The notes beneath the pieces are model-generated. The model was not told where the DNA came from, did not search any database, and saw nothing but the letters and a program-made list of their open reading frames with translations. The position numbers and the translations under genes are program-made. A stretch of DNA of 64,000 bases from Octopus sinensis (Eukaryota), in contig NC_043017.1 in the NCBI RefSeq assembly GCF_006345805.1, positions 20,832,001 through 20,896,000 of the forward strand, given 5' to 3'. Shown piece after piece: positions 38,500 through 50,855 of this stretch. Numbering within the stretch: the first letter of the stretch is position 1; each line of letters starts with the position of its first letter.

Positions 38500-39130
38500 T
38501 CCACCCTTTTGAGGACAACCTGTCTGAGACCATGCCTGGTTCTGTGGCAGAAAGCTTCTTGCTTTCAAGTGATCTAAATTCAAAACCTCCATCATAGTTT
38601 CAGGTTGATTTACCAGATTAATAATGACAAAGTTAGTTTACTCAATTCATAATTACTTGCACAATTAATTTAACCAAAAGGTAATGTATTTCGACAGAGA
38701 TATGGCAACAAAATGGTTAAAGTGATCTAAATTAAATCCTTTCAAAAAAATTCATGCTAATTTTAATTCCAAATAGCAGGTTAATGATAACGAAAGTTAA
38801 TTTACTAATTGTTTCCTTAATCATAAAATTTTTGAAACAAAGACAGGAATATAACAGAAAGGTTAAAGTGATGTAAATTAAAAGACTCTATCAAAATTTA
38901 ATGCTAATTTATATTCCAGACACCAACTTAACAATGACAAAATTATTTTACCAATTTCTTAATTACTCACACAAATTATTTAATCAAAAGGCAGTGTATT
39001 TCAACAGAAATATGGTAACAAAATGGTTAAAGTAATCTTCAATAAAACATTCCATCAAAAATTTCATGTTAATTTATGTTCCAAACACTAGATTAATAAT
39101 AATAAAGTTAGTTTGCTAATTTCATCATTA
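38500..39130 (+). mobile_element. Diverged tandem units of the same TTAA-bounded family
   Basis: Repeated motifs gtgatctaaattaaa, ttaataatgacaaagtta and tttcaacagaaatatggtaacaaaatggttaa, about three units. Related copies at about 50398-50655 (plus) and about 51390-51587 (minus). Confidence 0.6.
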
Positions 39131-39134
39131 ATTC

Positions 39135-39695
39135 TTTTTACTCTTTACTCTCTTTTACTTGTTTCAGTCATTTGACTGCAGCCATGCTGGAGCACCGCCT
39201 TTAATCAAGCAAATCGACCCCAGGACTTATTCTTTGCAAGCCCAGTACTTATTCTATCGGTCTCTTTTGCCGAATCGTTAAGCGACGGGGACATAAACAC
39301 ATAAGCATTGGTTGTCAAGCAATGCTAGGGGGACAAACACAGACACACAAACATAGACACACATATATATAACGGGAAGCTTTATGAAAATAAACAAAAG
39401 ACGAAGGCAGGTGGAATACAAACAAACAATTGTATTAGTATGGCGCTCAGGAATATAAATAAAACAAGTCTTTTACGTTTCGAGCCTACGCTCTTCAACA
39501 GAAAGATACACAGAAAAGAATAAATACACATATACGACGGGCTTCTTTCAGTTTCTGTCCACCAAATCCACTCACAAGGCTTTGGTCGGCCCGAGGCTAT
39601 AGTAGAAGACACTTGCCCAAGGTGCCACGCAGTGGGACTGAACCCGGAACCATGTGGTTGGTAAGCAAGATACTTACCACACAGCCACTCCTGCA
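39135..39695 (-). mobile_element. SINE family A interrupted by an HHR-bearing short element
   Basis: Family A flanks; the insert at about 39380-39530 lies in the internal TA tract. Confidence 0.8.
39470..39505 (-). ncRNA. Minimal HHR-like motif with a variant core (CTGTTGA)
   Basis: Minus strand: CTTT-CTGTTGA-A-GAGC-GTAG-GCTC-GAAA-C-GTA-AAAG. Same family as 31310. The carrier element (about 39380-39530) is nested in the internal TA tract of a SINE. Confidence 0.6.
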
Positions 39696-40402
39696 CCTTG
39701 TAAGATTAATTGAACCAAAGACTATATTTCAAGAGGAATGGAGGAATGTGATAGCAAAATGGTTGAAGCTTAAACAGTTGTAAATTGTTCAACATTTTAT
39801 CATGTGTTTGTGTATGGTAGTTCGTTGTCCTGCCTAACTGACCTTCTCTAAACGGAGCTGACGAGCAACATTGTCAACAATTTTTCTATCAACAATCCTT
39901 TGTGTAAAAAAAAAAAAAAACTAATATAAATAAATAAATGCTAGAATAATGTTTTATAATGGAGATAAATTGTGATAATGGAAATTGTTAGGAAAACAAG
40001 AATGGCACCAGAATAAATAAAAATGCTCTCCTAAATGGTCGATTTCCTAACACAAATAGCATATATTATAGCCTGATCTTTGCCTTAATAGCTGTTCTTA
40101 ATTATCCCTGGCACCACCTCAATAACAACCTACAAAAATTAGATCTAGAGACAGTTAGGTAATTAATTTTGTTATGTGAGTATTGTTGTTGGCTGCCGTG
40201 GTAGTTGGTTGACTTAATGAATAGAGATATATTCCTTGGGCTGCGTGTAAAGGTATCTGAATTAACAGAAGATTTTATCATCGCACATAGGGACTAATTG
40301 CGTTGGCCCTTTATAGGTACCAACGACAATAATTACATACTGGGGAAGAGAGATACAGCTTGGAGTTTACTGCGGGTTATTGATACGATATGTGGCTTAC
40401 CC

Positions 40403-40811
40403 TTTTACTCTTTTACTTGTTTCAGTCATTTGACTGTGGCCATGCTGGAGCACTGCCTTTAATCGAGCAACTCGACCCTGGGACTTATTCTTTGTAAGCC
40501 TAGTACTTATTCTATCGGTCTCTTTTTGCCGAACCGCTAAGTGACAGGGACGTAAACACACCAGCATCGGTTGTCAAGCAATGCTAGGGGGACAAACATA
40601 GACACACAAACATACACACACATATATATATATATATACATATATACAACAGGCTTCTTTCAGTTTCCGTCTACCAAATCCACTCACAAGGCATTGATCG
40701 GCCCGAGGCTATAGCAGAAGACATTTGCCCAAGATGCCAGGCAGTGGGACTGAACCCGGAACCATGTGGTTGGTAAGCAAGCTACTTTACCACACAGCCA
40801 CTCCTGTGCCT
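40403..40811 (-). mobile_element. SINE family A, full length
   Basis: Complete reverse-complement match. Confidence 0.85.
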
Positions 40812-41054
40812 ACATATCTAAAAATAACTGTGCTGTATCTGCAACCTATCTGTGCCATCTGTCTCAGCTGCCTTCCTGGGTCATCTGGATGGTAGAAATG
40901 TGTGCCAAAGAGTTTTTAAAGGGGACTTGAAGGAAAATTCTAGAATGTTTGAGAAAACCTGTCCATGCCATCAGCTTGTGCAGATCAGTCAAAAATTACA
41001 CACAGTGCTCATAGCAATGATGATCAAGGTAATGATGTTGATGATAATGGTAGA

Positions 41055-41655
<601 letters not shown>

Positions 41656-41868
41656 TCCTTTCTACTAAAGGTAGAAGGCCTGAAATTTAGTGGGAGGGAC
41701 CAGTTGATTACATCAGCCCCAGTTTTTCACTGGTACTTAATTTATCAACCCTGAAATGATGACAGGCAAAGACAACCTCGGTGGAATTTGAACTCAGTAC
41801 ATATCAACGAGTGAAACACCGTTAAGCATTTCACCTGGCGTGCTAATGATTCTGCCAGCTCACTGCCT

Positions 41869-41918
<50 letters not shown>

Positions 41919-42064
41919 CATAATAAAGAAAATAGTGAAATAAGACTAAACGCTATTTGTGATGACATTTAATGTAAAGAAGTCACAGAAACAGCAAGAG
42001 TACTAGTGTCTCTTGTGGCACTTCTGAAGATGGTAAACAATGCAAACGATAAGGACTTAGAATA

Positions 42065-42960
42065 CTGAAGGTGGTGGTGGTGGTGGTGGTGGTGGTGGTG
42101 GCGGCAGTGTTGGTGGTGGTTGTGATGTGGTGACATGATGATGATGATGATGATGATGGCGGTGGTGGTGGCGTGATGTGGTGATAGGTGTGATGATGAT
42201 GGGTGGTAGTGGTGGTGGTTGTGATATGGTGACATGATGATGATGAGGATGATGATGATGATGATGACAATGGTAGTGGTGGTGGTGGGTGTGTTGATGG
42301 TGGGTGTGATGTGGTAAAACAATGAAGATGATGATGGTGGTGGTGGTGGTAGTAGTGGGCGTGTTGGTGGTGGGTGTGAAGTGGTGACATGCTGCTGATG
42401 ATGATGATGGTGGTGGGCGTGATGTGGTGGTGGGTGTGTTGATGGTGGGTGGTGGTTGTGATATGGTGACACAATGATGAGGATGATGATGATGACGGTG
42501 GTGGTGGTAACAGTGGTGGGGACAACAACAACAGCTATAAGGGTGATGAATCTGATGACAATGGTAGAGGGGGAGGAGAATGGTGATGATGATGATGCTG
42601 ATGATGATGAAGAGAGTGGTATGGTTGATAATGCTGGTGCTGACAGTGATGATGACATTCATGGTGATAGTGGTGGTGAAAAAAGCTGGGGGTGGTTATA
42701 ATGATGATGGTGGAGGTGGTTATGAAGGTGAGGATGGCAGAGATGGGTGAGATGGTGGTGGTGGTGGTGGCAGTGATGATAATGACAATGATCACAGGGA
42801 TGGTATAACAATGATGATGATGATGATGATGATGGTGGTGATGATGATGGTAATAGTGTTTGTGGTGGTGGCAGTGATGATGATGATGATGATGATAACT
42901 GCAATGATGATGATGAGGGAAAGAAACTAGGATGACAAAGATGATGATGATGATGTTAGT
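42065..42960. repeat. (GGT)n/(GAT)n compound repeat
   Basis: Direct inspection. Confidence 0.9.
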
Positions 42961-43476
42961 AGCAGTCGCAATGATGATGGCTAAGTTGAAGATGACTTGG
43001 AAAAAGAAATTACAGGTTTATATATACATATATATATACATACATACATATATATATGTATATAGCAATCACTATTATCTATCGGCAAGCTACTTCATTT
43101 CTATAGCATCCTTTTAAAGACCTATCTCTAAGTGTAAAACCTGTTTAAACTCTATCAGCATCTGAAGACTTAGAGCTGAATACAGACGCAAACCCCATCA
43201 GAATAGAAAAGAGATGGTGGTGGTGGAGGCGGTGGTGGTGGTGGTGGTGGATACATTGTAAAGTGCGAAATGAAATGTGTAAGCTATTGGTAATCTGTGA
43301 TAAACGTCCATGATATCTGAGTGATTGCTCTATGTTATATTTAACCAACTACACACGCACACATACGTACATACATATGTATACATACACACTTGCATGT
43401 ATATATAAAGATACACGCTCATATATATATATATATTATATATATATATATATTATATATGGATGTATACACGCAC

Positions 43477-43507
<31 letters not shown>

Positions 43508-44045
43508 ATGGACATATACATATATACATATAGACGTACATACACACTCACACATATAAATATATATACACACATAAAACAACAAATTGCATTTGAATTT
43601 GCTCCCTTTGATCTGGAGATTTAAAACAAAACCATAATTATGTGTGTGTATGTATATACATACATATATATATACACACACACATATATATATTTATATA
43701 TATATATATATATACATATTCACATATATATATACATATACGTCTACATATACATATCTACACACACACACATATATATACATATCAACATATATATATG
43801 TACTTATCTACATATATACATACATATCTACACACATATGTGTGTGTATATATATATATATATATATCTTCTCTGTGTCATTTTGTGATAAACTAACATC
43901 ATTTAACCATTATAGTGCAAGCTGCTACACATACAAAATGTTTGCACCAATGTTCTGTCTGTCTTCCTTCCTTCCTCCCTTCCTTCCTTTCTTTTCTTTT
44001 TATTCCACCAATATTCTTCATCATCTTCTTGGCAGTTCTTTGCAG

Positions 44046-44109
44046 CGGAGACTAAGTATAAACCAATCAGTCACACTTGCAGACGTTAGACATTATATAA
44101 CTGTCTTTG
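44046..44109 (+). CDS. Candidate internal exon, product unknown
   Basis: Long polypyrimidine tract plus ttctttgcag| acceptor, open frame [21 protein letters not shown], donor TG|GTAAAT. No homology recognised. Confidence 0.15.
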
Positions 44110-44796
44110 GTAAATAACAGCAGCAGAGAATTACTTTTTTTTTTTTATTTTGATCTTTTGGTATTTTTTATTTTTTTTGGTTTCTTTGTGTTATTCCAGT
44201 GCTTTAACAACCATTCTACCACTATTATAATGAATCTAACAAACAATGGCAGTTTGTCGGAATTTGCAGAGAAATTATCTCTAAAGATGTGTTGCAATAT
44301 TTAGTCACTTCTGGTTCCTTCCGGAGTTCAAATCCTGCCAGGATTGTCTTTGTCTTTTACTTTTCTGGGGTCAGTATAATAAAAACCCAGTCAAATGTAG
44401 TTTGCTGTTAATTATTAAACACTACAGACCCTAGGGCAGTGCTTTGCTTAGGGGCTTATAATGTTGGTAAAAAAAAAAACCTCCGTGTTACCCTAACTTT
44501 AATAAAATATTAAAACTAACAAAAATTGTGTTAGAGAGAGAATCTTTCATATTCTACTTGTTTCAATCATTAGACTGTGGCCATGCTCAACTTTGTCTTT
44601 CATCCTGCTGGTGTCGATAAAAAAAGTACCAGTTAAGCACTGAGCTTGACATAACTGACTAACCTCACTCATCTAAAAGTTGCTGGCCTTGTGCCAAAAT
44701 TTGAAACCAATAATGATTCCTAGTTCTGTCTCAAAGTCAAACTCTTTGAAAAAGATTACAAGATGCAGCGGGTGGCAAGACAGAAAGCTTTTGCGA

Positions 44797-45022
44797 GCTG
44801 GCAGAAGCGTTAGCACGCCGGAAGAAATGCTTAGCGGTAGTTCGTCTGCCACTACGTTCTGAGTTCAAATTCCGCCAAGGTCAACTTTGCTTTTCATCCT
44901 TTCGGGGTCGATAAATTAAGTACCAGTTACACACTGGGGTCGATATAATTGACTTAATCCGTTTGTTTGTCCTTGTTTGTCCTCTCTGTGTTTAGCCCCC
45001 TGTGGGTAGTAAAGAAATAAGG
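44797..45022 (+). mobile_element. tRNA-derived SINE family B, near full length, with a 12-bp TSD
   Basis: Head gagctggcagaagcgttagcacgccgg...gagttcaaattcc; TSD aagcttttgcga at 44785-96 and 45023-34. More than 20 copies or fragments in the window. Confidence 0.85.
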
Positions 45023-46047
45023 AAGCTTTTGCGAAATGAAATGACCCCAGGATTCCCTGACTGGTACCTACACACACAACACATAACTGACCCAGCGTGT
45101 GCTCAAGGGAGATTCAGCTTCTATTTTAGCAAGTCAAGTGAGTGCACATCAAGGTTTCTTTAAATGGCATTATAGAGATGAAAGGCGACTACTCTAATGA
45201 GAAGAACAAGTGTATAGGTTGGGGTGGAAGGTGGAGAGTAGAATAAAAAATCAATGAAGAACAAAGATTTGTAAAAGACTTGAGATAGAAATAAATTCCT
45301 TCTATCTTCTTTCCTTCCTCCTTCTTCTTCTTCTCCCCCCAAAGCTGGAAAAAGATAAAGAACTGACAGTGGTTAGTACACAGAGAAGACTGAAACTGTG
45401 CTATTTATTGGCACTGACAATTCCTGTAATCTCCAAGACTGCCAGGTGTTAGAATATTCTGTGGAACATAATTATGTCTGTAGAAAGTTACGTAATTACG
45501 GCGACACTGCAAGGCATACGAGTTTAGCAGGAAGAATCAAAGAGCCTACCATTATTTTGATTATTTGCTTAAAATGTTTCAGGGGATTTTATTATTGAGG
45601 CAACAGGCTGGCAGAATTAGTAGAGCTCGGAAAAAAAAAAATTGTCTTTGCAGTATTTGAGCTAGAACTTTACAGTTGGAGTTCAAGCCTAGCAAGGGTT
45701 AGATTGCATTTCATTATTTTTGGTGGGGGCATTGATAAAATAATGAACTAATCAAGTACTAGGGTAGATGGATTAACTAAGCCCTCCTCCCCTCAAAATT
45801 TCTGTCCATTGTTAGCAATGACAAGAAAATGATGGTTCGGTGGTATTGTTAGGATGGCAAAATATATTTCAACTCTTTACATTTTGAGTTCAAATCTAGA
45901 TGAGTCCACCTTTACCCCTCGTCCTTTTGGAGTTAATAAAAGTACTACAGTTCTATATTTAAGAGATGAAGAATTATGTACATTATTTACATTATTTACA
46001 TTCGACGAATATTTTGTAATCTTCTGCATCTTGTAATCTTCTTCAAA

Positions 46048-46093
46048 GACACCTGAAGAAGGCTGGAGGGGATATCAGCCGAAACGATGTGTT
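46048..46093 (+). ncRNA. Minimal HHR-like motif, cleavage triplet mutated (GAT)
   Basis: GACAC-CTGAAGA-A-GGCTG-gaggggatat-CAGCC-GAAA-C-GAT-GTGTT. Helix I is GACAC/GTGTT and helix II is 5 bp. Confidence 0.6.
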
Positions 46094-46863
46094 AACAACA
46101 AACAAGTTGAGGACAAATATCCATCGAATGTAAATAATGTAAATAAAAGTACTAGTCAAGTACTAGGGGAGTCAATGGTATCAACTGACCAAACCCTACC
46201 CCGTATCCTAGCACCCACCCCATCCTTCAAAATTGCTGACATCCTCCTGCCTGATCATAAATTATTATTAATGATGAGAAAATGGTGGATTGGTGGGATC
46301 GCTCAAGCGACAGACAAAAATAAGATAAATTAGAAATACTGGGGCCAGTTTAATGGGCTAATCCGATTCCCCCAGATTTGTGGCCTTATGCCAATATTTT
46401 CTATCTTTTAGTCAGGAGGGAAGGCAGCATTCATGACCAGTCAGAGTCGCTAAATTGGGTGGGAGGAAGGAAGTCTTCAACTGGAAACCTGGCTCGAATT
46501 CTTGCAACGGAACAGACTTGGTCAAAGGCATCTTGGGCACCAGGTGGTGGTATTAAAATAAGGGATTGATTAACTCTGCAGCTGCAGGTAGGCGATGGTG
46601 GGATTTCGAACATGGAACTAAGTGAGGAGGAATGAATAACAAGAGGGGTTCTGTCTAATGTTCTTGGAACTTTGACCAATGGGGCAATAGTCTGCATGAA
46701 ACCAGTGGTAACATTGCCCCCTAGACACATATCACAAGCAGTAACAATGCTTCCGGTGATTATAAAGTAAAACGTGGTTTGTGTATGTGTGTGTGTGTGT
46801 GTATATATATTATATATATAATATATATATAATATGGATTAAACGATGATGATGATGATGAAT

Positions 46864-46900
<37 letters not shown>

Positions 46901-46903
<3 letters not shown>

Positions 46904-47331
46904 GGTGGCCCAAAATAGGTTTACAGTTATCAAGCAGCACTTTAATTTCTTTTAAAAACTTTTATTACATTTAAATTTCTATCTTACAATTAACTAAATA
47001 GCATAGAACAGTTTTTCAAACTTTTTGCTGGAGCGGAACCCCAAGGAAAAATTTCAACATGGCTCGAGGAACCCCGTGCAATAATTAATAGTCTTATGTA
47101 CACATATCTGCACAGGAAATTAAAAATTACAGCCGATTTTAGCAGTTTTGTAACTTCTTGCGGAACCCCTGGACTGTATGGCGGAACCCTAAGGTTCCGC
47201 GGACCCCTGGTTGAAAACCACTGGCATAAGAATAATGGTTTCATATTTTTTTATAATAAGATCTAAACTGTCAATTTATGAATGCAAAAGAGATTGTTGA
47301 ATAACTGTAAACCTACTTTTGTGCCACCCTG
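46901..47331. mobile_element. Tc1/mariner-type MITE
   Basis: TIRs cagggtggcccaaaataggtttacagttat / ataactgtaaacctacttttgtgccaccctg, flanked by TA. Contains a nested hAT-like MITE. Confidence 0.8.
47009..47223. mobile_element. hAT-like MITE nested in the Tc1-type MITE
   Basis: Ends cagtttttcaa...ttgaaaaccactg with an imperfect 8-bp TSD (gcatagaa/gcataaga). Homologous to 63520-63721. Confidence 0.75.
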
Positions 47332-47567
47332 TATATACATATATATATATTCAAGATGTGACCGCGTGTGTACCGTTGGCGATTTTTTCCTCCATCTTCC
47401 CTTCTCTGGATCTTTCCTTTACCTATGTTTCTGAGCATCCAATAATACTATATTTGTTCCTGAGCATCCAATAATACTATATTTGTTCCACGTCCTCGCA
47501 TTGTGTTTTCTCTTTGTGTTTTCATGTTTGGATTAACCATATATATATATATATATATATATATAGG

Positions 47568-47905
47568 AGTAAAGACCCCCTTTGGTTGTGAATGGCCATG
47601 GGATTGCACCTATAATGTTCCCCTCTGGGGCACAAGTGTCGGCAAGGTTGTTTATGGAAAACCAGCAATGGTCCAAACATACCAACCTCCTCTCTTCACA
47701 CCATCGATGTTATCCAAGAGAAAGGAAAAGGCTGATACAGTTAGGCACCAGTGAATGGCGCAATTCATTTATACCACTCAGTAAACTGGAGCAACGCGAA
47801 ATAAAGTGACTTGCTCAAGAATACAACACACAGTCTGGTCCAGGAATCGAACTCACTACCTCCTGATTGTGAGCCTGACGCTCTAACCACTGAGCCATGT
47901 GCCTT
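47568..47905 (-). mobile_element. SINE family D
   Basis: Homologous to 5824-6157. Confidence 0.8.
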
Positions 47906-48294
47906 CACACACACACACACGCACATGCATGCAAACTTTAATATCATTTGAAAAATATAGTAATCAAAATTTTACAGTTTAATGAAAATAGAAATTTTTT
48001 TTTTTTTTAGAATTATCTATCTCAGGCCCAAAATTAAAATTCTAATAATTAAAGCAGAAATAATGAGCAACCAACTGGTAGATATTTTGTGTGGCTAGAT
48101 ACCACCACCCCACCAACACCACCACCACCAACAACAACAACAACACTGCAACAGTAATGAGTTGATGAGTAACTCTCAGTTATTAGATTATACTTCAGCT
48201 TTGAATCTTTTGCCACCAAATTTCCATGATAATTGGAATACTGTCTCTCAAGGTTTTGATTAATTTTGAGAAATAATCAGGAATTGGGGGAGAT

Positions 48295-49565
48295 TGAACC
48301 ATTTTGATATCAGCCTACTTGAGAGTTGTTCCTGGTTCCACGATACAAACTTCCTGTTCTAAAGAGATCTAAATTAAAATCTTCCTTCAAAATTTCACGT
48401 TAATTTATGTTCCAAACACCAACTTCATATTCTTTTTTTACCACAAAATTCTTCATTATTTTTAAATTGAAACAAAAGGAAACTGAATTTCAACAGAAAT
48501 ATGGTAACAAAAATATTAACCCTTTTGTTACTAACCCACCTGAAATTATACCTGGGTTCTACAGCACAAACTTTCTGTTTTAAAGAGATTTTAATTAAAA
48601 CCTTCCCTCAAAATCTCATGTTAGGTTATGTTTCAAGCACTGGATTAATAATGACATGGTTCTTTTACTAAATTCTTCATTATTTTTAAATTGAAACAAA
48701 AGGAAACTGAATTTCAACAGAAATATGGTAACAAAAATATTAAACCCTTTTGTTACTCACCCACCTGAAATTATTCCTGAGTTCTACGGCGCAAACTTTC
48801 TGTTTTAAAGAGATTTTAATTAAAACCTTCCCTCAAAATCTCACGTTAGTTTATGTTTCAAACACTCGCTTAATAATGACATGGTTCTTTTTAACTAAAT
48901 TCTTCATTATTTTTAAATTGAAACAAAAGGAAACTGAATTTCAACAGTGCTGGTGGCACGTAAAAAGCACCATCCGTCCGTGGCCGTCTGCCAGCTCCGT
49001 CTGGCACATGTGCCGGTGGCACGTAAAAAGCACCCACTACACTCACGGAGTGGTTGGCGTTAGGAAGGGCATCCAGCCATAGAAACACTGCCAGATCAGA
49101 CTGGGCCTGATGCAGCCTTCTGGCTTCACAGACCCCAGTTGAACCGTCCAACCCATGCTAGCATGGAAAGCGGACGTTAAATGATGATGATGATGATGAT
49201 GTTACTAACCCACCTGAAATTATTCCTGGGTTCTACGGCACAAACTTTCTGTTTTAAAGAGATTTTAATTAAAACCTTCCTTCAAAATCTCACGTTAGTT
49301 TATGTTTCAAACACTCGCTTAATAATGACATGGTTCTTTTACTAAATTCTTCATTATTTTTAGAGTTAATTAAAACAAAAGCAATTGAGTTTTAATAGAA
49401 ATATGATAAAACAATGGTTAACCCTTTTTTCCACAAATCCACTTAACACCAGCCTTGGTTTATGATACAAATTTCCACCTTGAAAGGGATCTAAATTAAG
49501 ACCTTCCCTCCAGATTGTATGTTAATCTATGTGTTTTAAACACCAGCTTAATAATCCTTTCTACT
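48295..49565 (+). mobile_element. Tandem array of about 225-bp TTAA-bounded MITE-like units
   Basis: Units start ttaacccttttgttac at 48516 and 48740 and resume at 49201 after a SINE-like insertion. Unit ends are of the type gtaacaaaa(t)..ttaa, inverted relative to the starts. Confidence 0.7.
48945..49200 (+). mobile_element. (GAT)n-tailed retroposon family E (RTE-like 3' end)
   Basis: tggttggcgttaggaagggcatcc...aacccatgctagcatggaaagcggacgttaaatgatgatg. Other copies at about 13310-13605 (minus), 23320-23660 (plus), 32282-32635 (minus), 33785-33940 (minus) and 51165-51360 (plus). RTE affinity is inferred from the tail type. Confidence 0.7.
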
Positions 49566-49774
49566 ATAGGCACAAGGCGTGAAATTAGTGGGGAGGGGGA
49601 AGGGCTAGTCGATTAGATCGACCCTGGTATTTAACTGGTACTTAATTTATTGACCCTGAAAGGATGAAAGGCAACGTCGACCTTGGTGAAATTTGAACTC
49701 AGTACACAGTAACGGGCAAAATGCCGCTAAGCATTTCGTTCAGTGCGCTAATGATTCTACCAGTTTGCCACCTA

Positions 49775-49812
<38 letters not shown>

Positions 49813-50668
49813 AAATAATAATAATAATAATAATAATGATAATAATAATAATAATAATAATAATACTGATGATGATGATGATGATGGTGATGATAATGGT
49901 GATGATGATAATGATGTTTCTTTATTTTGGCCCAAGATCAGCAAAGACCCCCCAGTACTTGACTTGTACTCTTTTGCATTGACCCTGGAGAGAAGAAAGG
50001 TAAAGTTGGCCTCAGCAGGATTTGAACTCAGAACGTAGTGGTGGGCGAAATACTGCTATGTATTTCATCCAGCTTGTCACCTTACACCAGTTAGATAATG
50101 TAAAAGTTATTTTACTAAATTCATTATTTTCGAAGTTAGCTGAAACTAAGCTGTTGTATTTCAATAGAAATATGGTGAAAAAAACAAAAAAAATGTATTT
50201 CTTTACTGCCCACAAGGGGCTAAATATAGAGGGGACAAACAAGGACAGACAAAGGGATTAAGTCGATTACATCGACCCCAGTGGGAAACTGGTACTTTAT
50301 TTAATCGACCCCAAAAGGATGAAAGGCAAAGTCGACCTTGGCAGAATTTGAACTTAGAAATGGTTAAACCTGATCTAGGAATAGATAGTAACAATGTATT
50401 TAACCCCTTTGATACCAGCCTGCCTGAGAAAACCCCTGGTTCTATTCTAGGACATGTTTCCTCTTATGAAGTGATGTAAATTAAAAACTTGCATCAAAAT
50501 TTTGTGTTAATTTTTGTTCCAAATTCGAGATTAATAACGACAAAAATGTTTTACAAAATTTTCCATTATTTTTGAAAAATAATGAAGAATTTAGTAAAAG
50601 AACCATGTCATTATTAAGCCAGTTATTATTTTCAAAATAAATTGAAATAAGGGTCAATTAAGATAACT

Positions 50669-50855
50669 TTAACCCTTTAACGTTCAGATTACTTTGTCAC
50701 ATTGTTTATTCCCATTGTTTTGAATTAATCATGCATTATCTTGTAGCTTTGAGAGTTTGATGATGTGATTGTTCATTTTTAGATCTGACCACTTTGAACA
50801 TAAAACAGAATATTTTGGTTGGACATAGCCACGAGTTTAAATGTTAAAGGGCTAA
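50669..50855. mobile_element. piggyBac-like MITE
   Basis: ttaa|ccctttaacgtt...aatgttaaaggg|ctaa: CCC/GGG ends with a TTAA-like TSD. Confidence 0.6.

Noticed and set aside
48295-49565. Regularly spaced repeats as a CRISPR-like array
   Set aside because: Whole units are homologous with no unique spacers, the context is eukaryotic and there are no cas genes.
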